Virus record (IMG/VR): IMGVR_UViG_3300045988_056971
Strand: one strand, 5' to 3'
DNA length: 64,000 nt
Source of the DNA: a virus
Position numbers and translations under genes: made by a program. This document shows positions 56,842 through 64,000 of this stretch, piece by piece. The notes below the pieces were generated by a model, which was not told the DNA's origin, searched no databases, and was given only the letters and a program-made list of their open reading frames with translations. Each line of letters starts with the position of its first letter. Position 1 is the stretch's first letter.

Positions 56842-57290
56842 TGTGGTCAAGAGAAAGTCCAATGAAAGAATATGCCAGGAAACATCCTGGCTGTTCTCTT
56901 CAAGAGTATTGTGAATACTTAGATAATATTGCTAGAGAGGAAGCAGAAAGAAGGAGACTAAAAGAAGAAGAAAATAATCAACTTCTAAAAAGTTTTGAGG
57001 GAAAATGCTTTCAAATAAACTTCAATAGACAATCATTTGGTTATTTCAAGATAACTAAAGATATTACTGCCCTTAGAGAAGATGTTAAAGAAGATTTCTA
57101 TGAAGTTTTCATAGATAGCAATACAACTAGAATAAGTCTTGAAAAGAAGAGAATGATAAATCGTCAATGGCTTCCTGGGCAGGGAAGTGAAAAGTGTACA
57201 ATAGTTCCTGAAGAATTGTTCAATAAGGTAGTCAAGTATTATCAAGAGATGTGTACTATGGCTGAGAAAATAAGAGACGGGGAATTGTAA
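56841..57290 (+). CDS. hypothetical protein (149 aa)
   Basis: Intact ORF. Confidence 0.5.
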   Translation: MWSRESPMKEYARKHPGCSLQEYCEYLDNIAREEAERRRLKEEENNQLLKSFEGKCFQINFNRQSFGYFKITKDITALREDVKEDFYEVFIDSNTTRISLEKKRMINRQWLPGQGSEKCTIVPEELFNKVVKYYQEMCTMAEKIRDGEL

Positions 57291-57294
57291 CCTT

Positions 57295-57376
57295 GGGGTA
57301 GTGGCGGAATTGGTAGACGCGCTAGACTTAGGATCTAGTACAGAAATGTGTGAGGGTTCGAGTCCCTCCTACCCTA
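57295..57376 (+). tRNA. tRNA-Leu (anticodon TAG, decodes CUA), type II
   Basis: Acceptor ggggtag/ctaccct, long D-loop, anticodon arm ctaga-ctTAGga-tctag, long variable arm, T-arm gagggTTCGAGTccctc. Confidence 0.75.
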
Positions 57377-57607
57377 CAACTTTTATTCGATTATAGATTA
57401 TGAAAGAGTTAAGTGAAATTATCCAAGAATTGGTAGACAGTAGCAATTCCATGAATCAAATTGATTCAAAAACTGCTATACGGTATGTTGTGGAGGCTTA
57501 CGAAGCTGGAATGGATAAGGCTAAAGAACTTATCAAAGACAGTGGAGAACTTTAATTAACTGAATGTTCTGAAACATTCATATTAAATAACAATTAAAAA
57601 TAAAGAA

Positions 57608-58792
57608 ATGAACAAAGTTTGGATGTGTTCCGGGTCTACATACACCCAAGTAGGCTCAGGTTACAAGGTTTCGGAATCTCTTCCGGTTGGTATTTACAGT
57701 ATTAGTCTGACAATGACAGGTTATCACCTGGATAAGTATGCAGACAAGTTCGTATTTCCGTACAAGATGTATGGACTGCAGGAAGATTTCATAGACCATG
57801 TAATCAAAACTTATAATAACACAGAAGGAAACTTGGGAATCATGTTTACTGGTACAAAAGGTACTGGAAAGACTGTCACAGCTAAAGAATTAGCTAATAA
57901 GTTGAACCTTCCTGTTATTATCGTAAAGGATATGGGAGACCATAATCAATCTATGATTGAGTTTCTCTCTGGTATTGAGGGAGACTGTGTTCTCTTCCTA
58001 GATGAGTTTGAAAAGAACTTCAGCGAGTCGGATTCTACAATCCTCCAAATTATGGATGGAGTTTATAACTCTAAGTATCGTAAGGTATTCTTGTTGACTA
58101 CTAATGCAATGTCTATCAACGAGAATATGGTAGGACGTCCGTCTAGAATCCGCTACGTCAAGAAGTTTGAAAATCTTGATTTGAAGGTTGTAAACGAATA
58201 TCTAGACGATGCCCTGGAGGTTCCAGAAGCACGTCAAGATTTACTTGACTTCATTGATTCTTTGACTATATCAACTATTGATATTCTCAAAACTATAGTT
58301 AATGAAGTTAACATTCATGGAATTGAAGGTTTGAAAAAGGCTAAGAGTTTCTTCAACGTAGTAACTAATGAGTATGAGTATTCTTGTATCAGAGGTTACG
58401 CTTACACTGGAGAAATTGAACAAGACAAGAATAAGTTCTCTATTGAAAACTTCTCCAAGGCTGTTGAGAGATTTAATAATCCTATACCTAAGCCTATTGT
58501 TGATGACGAGGATAACTGTACTATAGAGGAAAGAAAAGCCCTCAACGAATACTATGAGTATCGTCGTCATAACTTCCACAGCCTGTCGTATAACTTTATC
58601 TATTCTTCTACCAAGTTCAGCAATCTTAAGGTAGGAGACGACTTCTACAATGACGAGATTATCGCTATTGACAAGAAGTTGAATGTTATTGTTACTAAGG
58701 ACGGTGGCGAAATTAACTACTGGTGGATTAAAGATCCTAACAGTAAACCATCTCTGTATCGTACAGGAAGATACGATTCTTTGGTACTTTAA
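57608..58792 (+). CDS. AAA+ family ATPase (394 aa)
   Basis: Walker A GIMFTGTKGTGKT and Walker B VLFLDEFEK. Confidence 0.65.
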   Translation: MNKVWMCSGSTYTQVGSGYKVSESLPVGIYSISLTMTGYHLDKYADKFVFPYKMYGLQEDFIDHVIKTYNNTEGNLGIMFTGTKGTGKTVTAKELANKLNLPVIIVKDMGDHNQSMIEFLSGIEGDCVLFLDEFEKNFSESDSTILQIMDGVYNSKYRKVFLLTTNAMSINENMVGRPSRIRYVKKFENLDLKVVNEYLDDALEVPEARQDLLDFIDSLTISTIDILKTIVNEVNIHGIEGLKKAKSFFNVVTNEYEYSCIRGYAYTGEIEQDKNKFSIENFSKAVERFNNPIPKPIVDDEDNCTIEERKALNEYYEYRRHNFHSLSYNFIYSSTKFSNLKVGDDFYNDEIIAIDKKLNVIVTKDGGEINYWWIKDPNSKPSLYRTGRYDSLVL

Positions 58793-58819
58793 AAACTGGG
58801 GAGCTAGTCTCCCCTTTAT

Positions 58820-58893
58820 GTCTGGATGCCTGAGTGGTCTAAGGGAACGGTCTGCAAAACCGTGTTTCGTGGGTTCGAATCCCACTCCAGATT
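58820..58893 (+). tRNA. tRNA-Cys (anticodon GCA), U73 discriminator
   Basis: Acceptor gtctgga/tccagat, anticodon arm acggt-ctGCAaa-accgt, T-arm gtgggTTCGAATcccac. The spurious minus ORF 58271-58885 overlaps it. Confidence 0.7.
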
Positions 58894-58913
58894 CTACACT
58901 AATTTATTTGCCT

Positions 58914-59342
58914 ATGGACAGAAAATTAAGAAGAGAGCTTTCTAAAAGAAAGTGGATTTCTAGAGCTAAAAAAGTTTATAACTCTTGCGGGAAGTTCTAT
59001 ATCCCGGTAAACGGAATTAAAGCCAGTGTTCAGTATAATGTTCCTATTTTCAGAAATAGAGCACTGAGAATTTGTGAATCAATTACGGATTTTCTTAATG
59101 ATTCCAAGTATGCCAAAATGCTTAAGAATTGCACTTCTCCCTACAGAAATAAGATGATGCAGTACGAATATAAGAAAGAGAATAGAAAAGATAGATATAA
59201 GGCTAAGAAAGATATCCAGGAAGGTATTCAGGAATATGAGTCCAGGGACAATCTTTCATGCTCATCATGTATATTCTATGATGGAGGTCTATGCGAGAAA
59301 GGATTATTAACGACAGATGATTGTCCAGAATATTGGGATTAA
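58914..59342 (+). CDS. hypothetical basic protein with C-terminal Cys cluster (142 aa; track ORF trimmed to first ATG after the tRNA)
   Basis: Track ORF 58683-59342 spans the tRNA-Cys. The first ATG downstream of the tRNA is at 58914. Confidence 0.45.
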   Translation: MDRKLRRELSKRKWISRAKKVYNSCGKFYIPVNGIKASVQYNVPIFRNRALRICESITDFLNDSKYAKMLKNCTSPYRNKMMQYEYKKENRKDRYKAKKDIQEGIQEYESRDNLSCSSCIFYDGGLCEKGLLTTDDCPEYWD

Positions 59343-59704
59343 TTATGGATAAATATATTAATGGAAATCTAATAAAGAGGATACTAGTTTTTAAAACTAG
59401 AAAACATCCAGAATGGAAGCATAGAATAGCAGATACTAAATTCTTATTCTGGAAAAAACATATTGACTATTGGTATCTTCTAGACCCATGCTTTGGGACT
59501 TACTCTGAGAAAGGGATGCTCGAATCAATTAGTAAGAGAACGTCCTTCTACAAGGATGGAATAGTATACCAGAAGCCGCATATTATTCTAGAGTTCTCTG
59601 AGAGACATGATGAGTCTATCTATTTTGATAGTGATGAGGAAATGGAAGGCTGGCTTGAGTCTTTCAGGCAAGAATTTGGAAAACCATTTATGTATATAGA
59701 ATAA
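59321..59704 (+). CDS. hypothetical protein (127 aa)
   Basis: Intact ORF. Confidence 0.5.
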   Translation: MSRILGLIMDKYINGNLIKRILVFKTRKHPEWKHRIADTKFLFWKKHIDYWYLLDPCFGTYSEKGMLESISKRTSFYKDGIVYQKPHIILEFSERHDESIYFDSDEEMEGWLESFRQEFGKPFMYIE

Positions 59705-59825
59705 TACCTTTATCCCAGTTTAGAGCTTAGCTCAAGTAGTGAAGAACAGTAGCTATTGGTTAAAACGAGGTGGAGTGCCAGACGAAAGACTGGAATTAAC
59801 ATAGTTTAACTTTGAATCTCCGACT

Positions 59826-60167
59826 ATGCGGAGTATCATTATGGCAGAATTGATTTTCTTACCTAATGGAAAATGCGATTTGAAATTTCATGCTAACATC
59901 AAAAACTTTAAAAGAGTTGAGATTGTGAAGCATAAGAAGAACTTCTTCAGGGTCTATGTAGACCGCAACGATAGCGTTTATGACGTGAAACGGTGCGAAG
60001 TCATCACTTGGAAGACCATAGAGAGAGGGAAAAGAAAGGTGAATGTTCCTGACAAGGTTGACGAGGTACGTGATGTACATCTGTTTGACAAGACTAAGGG
60101 AAATCCGTTCAAGATTGCGGTTACTAAAATAATCGGCGAGATTGAGGCACAGGAATTACTATCTTAA
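59826..60167 (+). CDS. hypothetical protein (113 aa)
   Basis: Intact ORF. Confidence 0.5.
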   Translation: MRSIIMAELIFLPNGKCDLKFHANIKNFKRVEIVKHKKNFFRVYVDRNDSVYDVKRCEVITWKTIERGKRKVNVPDKVDEVRDVHLFDKTKGNPFKIAVTKIIGEIEAQELLS

Positions 60168-60204
60168 GATAGCGTTTAGGAGAGTATCGTATAACTCTCC
60201 TTAT

Positions 60205-60279
60205 GCAGATGTGGTGTTAATGGTTTGAGCACGTCAGACTTCCAATCTGAAGGGGAGAGTTCGAGTCTCTCTATCTGCA
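60205..60279 (+). tRNA. tRNA-Gly (anticodon TCC)
   Basis: Acceptor gcagatg/tatctgc, anticodon arm tcaga-ctTCCaa-tctga, T-arm gagagTTCGAGTctctc. Confidence 0.7.
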
Positions 60280-60284
60280 CATTT

Positions 60285-60356
60285 GTAGGTATAGCACAAC
60301 GGTTAGTGCATCGGCTTGCCATGCCGAGGATGTGAGTTCGATTCTCATTACCTACT
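60285..60356 (+). tRNA. tRNA-Gly (anticodon GCC)
   Basis: Acceptor gtaggta/tacctac, anticodon arm tcggc-ttGCCat-gccga, T-arm gtgagTTCGATTctcat. Confidence 0.75.
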
Positions 60357-60371
60357 CAAAATTTAAGTTTT

Positions 60372-60608
60372 ATGAAAATAAAGTGTACAGTATGTAATAA
60401 AGAATTTTATTATGGAGACCATAACTCTCCAATGTTTATTGATGAGGTTTGGAACAAGATAATAAATTACTTTAAGCTAACCAATTTTGAAAAAGAAGCT
60501 GCAAAGAAATTCTCCTCTTATTACAAAGGGGAGGTAAAGATTATTATCCAGACCACCATGTGTTTATCTGTAGCGAATGTGCGGAGAAGGCTCTAGGTAG
60601 GGAAATAA
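60372..60608 (+). CDS. zinc-ribbon protein (about 78 aa); the annotated TAG at 60594-60596 is followed 4 codons later by TAA
   Basis: CTVCNKEFYYGDH…CLSVANV; the ORF ends at TAG and then (Q)VGK-TAA. Confidence 0.4.
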
Positions 60609-60674
60609 CTGATAAGGATATTAATGATTCATTATTTAATATCCCATTTAGAGAGAAGTACTTTAAATCTTAAT

Positions 60675-60759
60675 ATCCGTGTGGGTGAATGGTTTAGCCA
60701 TCAGTCTGCAAAACTGAAAAGAGAAATCTTTAATGAGGGTTCGAATCCCTCCACGGATT
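60675..60759 (+). tRNA. noncanonical type-II tRNA with GCA (Cys) anticodon, long variable stem-loop and U73
   Basis: Acceptor atccgtg/cacggat, anticodon arm tcagt-ctGCAaa-actga, variable arm aaaga-gaaa-tcttt, T-arm gagggTTCGAATccctc. Confidence 0.45.
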
Positions 60760-60779
60760 CTAATTTTAAATTTAAAAAT

Positions 60780-61415
60780 ATGGCATATATTTATTGCATT
60801 ACAAATTTAATTAATAGCAAGCGATACGTAGGAAAAACTACTACTTCTATAGAAGAGCGCTGGAAGGAACATTGTTATGACTTTTAGAAAGAAAGATGCA
60901 ACAAAAGACCTTTATATGATGCCATGAATAAGTATGGTGTTGAGAACTTTATGATAGAGGAATTGGAATATGTAGATAGTAACTCTGAATTATCTGAAAG
61001 AGAAATCTATTGGATAAAAGAGCTAGGAACTTATGGTTCTAATGGGTACAATGCCTCTAAAGGAGGAGATGGCACTATTCTATACAATCATAGTGAAATT
61101 GTAGAATTAGCTAGATTGGGATATACTAGTTCTTAGATACAAGAAAAAATAGGGTGCTGTAAAGACACTATTTACAAAGTTTTGAAGGCAAATAATATAA
61201 AAATTAGAAAAAGTAACGCAAAGTTAATTGCTTAGTATGACTTAGCAGGTAATTTTATACAGGTATTCTTTGGTTCCAGAGAAGCTTAGGAATGGTTAAT
61301 TAATAACGGAATTACTGACAATAAATCTGCATAGAGTCATATTATAGGATGCTGTAAGAATAAAACCAAATCATAGTATGGCTACATTTGGAAATATCTT
61401 CCAGAGCCTATTTAA
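60780..61415 (+). CDS. GIY-YIG homing endonuclease (211 aa) inside the tRNA island, with 5 in-frame TAG codons
   Basis: MAYIYCITNLINSKRYVGKTTTSIEERWKEHCYDF(TAG)KERCNKRPLYDAMNKYGVENF…EIYWIKELGTYGSNGYNASKGG shows the GIY-YIG core. Read-through of four more TAGs restores the C-terminal NUMOD/HTH-like segment …(Q)YDLAGNFIQVFFGSREA(Q)EWLINNGITDNKSA(Q)SHIIGCCKNKTKS(Q)YGYIWKY before TAA. Confidence 0.7.
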
Positions 61416-61561
61416 TCTTTAAATCACTGTTTCGACATTTTCAGTCTAAATGCCGTGTCTGGAGACGTTACCAACCAGTCGTGCTATACGGTTAGAATAG
61501 TCCGTGCCTCACTGGTGATAGAGGCATCCCTGGGTAGCGGATGTAAAGTAGCTGCCAATAT

Positions 61562-61640
61562 CGTGGAGTAGAGAAGTGGTCATCTCGCTAGGCTCATAAC
61601 CTAGAAATCGTCATAAACGGTTCGAATCCTACCTCCGCAA
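61562..61640 (+). tRNA. tRNA-like with CAT anticodon loop (Met/Ile2 family); T-arm/acceptor pairing noncanonical in the hand-fold
   Basis: D-stem gaga/tctc and anticodon arm ctagg-ctCATaa-cctag are clear. The GGTTCGAATCC T-loop is present, but the T-stem 3' strand could not be paired by hand. Confidence 0.35.
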
Positions 61641-61884
61641 CGAAACTCCTTTTGTGGCTCTGAATTAGATTAATTATTAACAATTTTAAACTTTGATGTT
61701 ATGAAGAAAGTAATTAATGTTGTGAAGAAAGCTGCTAAGTGGTATTTTGAACAGAGTTCTAAGAGCTATACATGGTTAGTTTCTGGAACTATTCCGCCTC
61801 CTTATAGAGGTCTAGAGTAAAGATACTACTAAAAGGTAAGTACCAAAGGGGTACTTATCTACACCCGTGGAGAAAATTAACTAT

Positions 61885-61956
61885 TGGGGTATAGTTCAAA
61901 GGTCAGAACTTTTGACTGTTAATCAAAGAATCATGGTTCGAGTCCATGTGCCCCAG
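61885..61956 (+). tRNA. tRNA-Asn (anticodon GTT)
   Basis: Acceptor tggggta/tgcccca, D gttc…gaac, anticodon arm tttga-ctGTTaa-tcaaa, T-arm catggTTCGAGTccatg. Confidence 0.7.
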
Positions 61957-62486
61957 CTATTGACCTTATATTAGATTATGCATCAGTGTGATTATTGTTG
62001 TTGGTACTACAGTGGAAATTGTGATTGTCCATATGTAATGAAGAAACAAGCGTGTGAAAATGCTTTGAAAACTAAAGAGAGAAATGAAAGACCTATTAGA
62101 AAAGTACAAAATGTTTCAAACTCCGAAACCAGCTAATGAGATTTCATGGAAAGACATGAAGGAATTTAACTCTTATATGAAAGAAGTAGTTCGTGATTAT
62201 AAGATTAAACAGGCTAAATCAATTCAGAGTGCTAGAAACGTAATAATATCCTGACCTGGCAAGGTAAAAATCCATTCGGGGTTTAAGTTGAAGCCAGTCC
62301 CTGCGGAATCATAAAGACCTTTTCTGATACGATAGTCGATGAACTGAGAGAGTAGCATGGTTGCGGACTTATGCTACTAGAACATGATTCAAACAAAAAA
62401 AAACTTATCTGGTGTTGTTAAGTTGTGGAATCTTAACAGTGGAAATTTATGGGTATGTCACCAATTAAAAAGAAAATCCCAAAAAT

Positions 62487-62560
62487 GGGCCGTTAGCTCA
62501 AATGGCTAGAGCGCTGGTTTTGCACACCGGAAGATAGGGTTCGAGTCCCTGCGTGTCCAC
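62487..62560 (+). tRNA. tRNA-Ala-like (anticodon TGC); 3' acceptor strand does not pair with the 5' strand in the hand-fold (possible pseudogene)
   Basis: gggccgt-ta-GCTCaaatggctaGAGC-g-ctggt-ttTGCac-accgg…GGTTCGAGTCC is canonical up to the T-loop. The 3' end cgtgtcca is not complementary to gggccgt. Confidence 0.35.
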
Positions 62561-62578
62561 AACTTTATTTAAAAAATT

Positions 62579-62764
62579 ATGAAAGTATATGTAGTTGTAG
62601 TAAATTATCACCCAGCTAATGCTCCTCAAAATTATGAAACTGATTGCCAAATCTTCTTAGACAAGAAACAGGCAGAGAAGTATAAAGAGGCTAAGGAAAA
62701 AGAGTTTCCTATTAGATGGGGAGGAGAGTATAATCATTGTAAACTAATTAAAAAGCATTTGTAA
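62579..62764 (+). CDS. small hypothetical protein (61 aa)
   Basis: Intact ORF. Confidence 0.35.
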   Translation: MKVYVVVVNYHPANAPQNYETDCQIFLDKKQAEKYKEAKEKEFPIRWGGEYNHCKLIKKHL

Positions 62765-62766
62765 TA

Positions 62767-62838
62767 TCGCGGGATGATAGCAGAGGTAGCTAGTCAGGCT
62801 CATAACCTGAAGGTCGTCGGTTCGAATCCCGCTACTAA
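62767..62838 (+). tRNA. tRNA-fMet-like (anticodon CAT); resembles the E. coli initiator through the T-loop, but the 3' T-stem/acceptor appears truncated
   Basis: cgcggga…tagc-agaggta-gcta-g-tcagg-ctCATaa-cctga-aggtc-gtcgg-TTCGAAT matches the initiator pattern. It is followed directly by cccgc, which can pair with the 5' gcggg. Confidence 0.35.
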
Positions 62839-62872
62839 GTTATTTTTAACAATTAAAATTAGATTATAGATT

Positions 62873-63298
62873 ATGGATTTCAAGAATCTTACAAAGGAAT
62901 CTCTTCCGAAAGAATTTCAGGAGAGAATTGAGCGTTTCAATCGTTTATTCATTGAAGCTGGTGATGGTACATTTGAAGAAAATGACCTATTTGGTTATGA
63001 AATGGGTTGTATAAAGCAAGCCTTATCGTTTACCGAGTTTTTCAAAGAAATGAGTCTAGAGGAATGTAAAGCCTTCTATGAGAAATATCCTAGCTTATTT
63101 GAGCTGATTGAGGCTATCAAAGACAAACTTCCGTACTTTGATAATGGTCATAGTGGAAACTCTATGAGCATGAGTTGGATGCTATACAGGTGTTATAAGG
63201 AGAAACCCGAACTTGTTCCTTATATGCACGGTTGTTTAGCCCAACTTGTTGGGGACGAGGGCTATCATGATAACCGTTCTGATGTTCCAAAACTATGA
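62873..63298 (+). CDS. hypothetical protein (141 aa)
   Basis: Intact ORF. Confidence 0.5.
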   Translation: MDFKNLTKESLPKEFQERIERFNRLFIEAGDGTFEENDLFGYEMGCIKQALSFTEFFKEMSLEECKAFYEKYPSLFELIEAIKDKLPYFDNGHSGNSMSMSWMLYRCYKEKPELVPYMHGCLAQLVGDEGYHDNRSDVPKL

Positions 63299-63588
63299 GT
63301 GTAATACAACAAGTTTATTTAGCTGAAGCTGGTTATTCTATTTACATAAAGGGAATTAAACCAGATAAGGATAATGAATGTTCTGGTGAGATTACTATAA
63401 ATGGTAATCCCACTAGATTAGAGAGAAAAGAACGCTATCATATTGATGGCAGTATGCTTGTAACTGACAATTACCACATTCCTATGGACTTTATAATTAA
63501 TTTTCTACAGGCCAATGGTTGTATAGAACAGAAGGATGGTAAGATGTATGTTGTATTAAAGGAAGTAGAATTTAAACCTAATTACTAA
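63295..63588 (+). CDS. hypothetical protein (97 aa)
   Basis: Intact ORF; start overlaps the previous stop. Confidence 0.45.
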   Translation: MSVIQQVYLAEAGYSIYIKGIKPDKDNECSGEITINGNPTRLERKERYHIDGSMLVTDNYHIPMDFIINFLQANGCIEQKDGKMYVVLKEVEFKPNY

Positions 63589-64000
63589 TGTTATCTATAT
63601 TATTCTCAGAATTTAAGGAATGGGGTTGTCCTAATTGTGGATGTGATTCTGTGACCAGTGGTTGTTTCTCTTGCGGAGGAGTTACCTCTGGAACTTGCAG
63701 ACATTGTAAACTAACATTCGAAATAAGAAGTGATAACGGAAAAGGCATAGTGCAATATGGCTCTCATCCAGAGAATCCTTCTGATCCAAATTCGGAATCC
63801 GTAATGGAGTATGCTCATCGTATTGCTCATCCTAGGTCCGGTGTTTCTGCCTGGCATTGGGAACCAAAAGACATTCGTCCAGAGGAAGGAGAATACTGGA
63901 GTTCTAGAGGTGTTGGATATGATTTATCTGGATTCGTAAAAACTAAAGCTGCTGGTGAACGTATATTAGCTATGGTGCATGAGGTTTTGGGAACTGATAA
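63588..64000 (+). CDS. hypothetical protein with N-terminal Cys cluster (zinc-ribbon-like), partial at window end
   Basis: ATG at 63588-63590 overlaps the upstream TAA (TAATG). WGCPNCGCD…CFSCGG…CRHC. No stop before position 64000. Confidence 0.4.
   Translation, partial: MLSILFSEFKEWGCPNCGCDSVTSGCFSCGGVTSGTCRHCKLTFEIRSDNGKGIVQYGSHPENPSDPNSESVMEYAHRIAHPRSGVSAWHWEPKDIRPEEGEYWSSRGVGYDLSGFVKTKAAGERILAMVHEVLGTD

Noticed and set aside
57295-57376. tRNA with anticodon TAG considered as a stop-codon suppressor
   Set aside because: Anticodon TAG pairs with the Leu codon CUA, not with UAG. The suppressor is the CTA-anticodon tRNA at 42228-42299.
58271-58885. 204-aa minus-strand ORF
   Set aside because: It is antisense to the AAA+ ATPase gene and overlaps tRNA-Cys, and its product is low-complexity.
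60624-60779. N-terminal part of ORF 60624-60887
   Set aside because: It overlaps the tRNA at 60675-60759. The GIY-YIG homology begins at the internal ATG 60780, which is taken as the true start.
1-64000. CRISPR array, integrase/att pair, transposase
   Set aside because: No regularly spaced direct repeats of 25-40 nt with unique spacers were seen. No tyrosine- or serine-recombinase-like ORF was recognised. The only att-like hint is the degenerate tRNA-like element at 44585-44651.

Overview
This window looks like an AT-rich (~33% GC) tailed-phage genome segment in which the amber codon TAG is read as an amino acid rather than a stop. It has two arms. Positions 1-42840 (minus strand) are late/structural genes: tail fibres, a ~2170-aa giant protein and a terminase large subunit. 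These genes are densely interrupted by in-frame TAG codons, which is why the six-frame ORF track shows only short same-frame fragments ending in TAG. A tRNA with a CUA anticodon, apparently derived from tRNA-Gln, lies at 42228-42299 (minus) and could act as the suppressor. Positions 43158-64000 (plus strand) are early/auxiliary genes written in the standard code, which never use TAG as a stop. Interleaved with them is an island of about 21 tRNA genes. The same region carries a radical-SAM RlmN/Cfr-like enzyme, a 2H phosphoesterase, an AAA+ ATPase, an NfeD-flotillin (SPFH) membrane module and a GIY-YIG homing endonuclease that itself contains TAG codons. The most striking system is a diversity-generating retroelement (DGR). 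Its reverse transcriptase (23254-24546, four in-frame TAGs) sits next to a template repeat (24687-24780). The matching variable repeat is at the 3' end of a tail-fibre gene (24888-24975 within CDS 24846-26663). A second, remote variable repeat (51127-51207) lies on the opposite strand inside an early-region gene (50782-51342). All TR/VR differences fall at template adenines. Many minus-strand gene boundaries are hand-derived and approximate. The plus-strand ORFs in the left arm are antisense artefacts.
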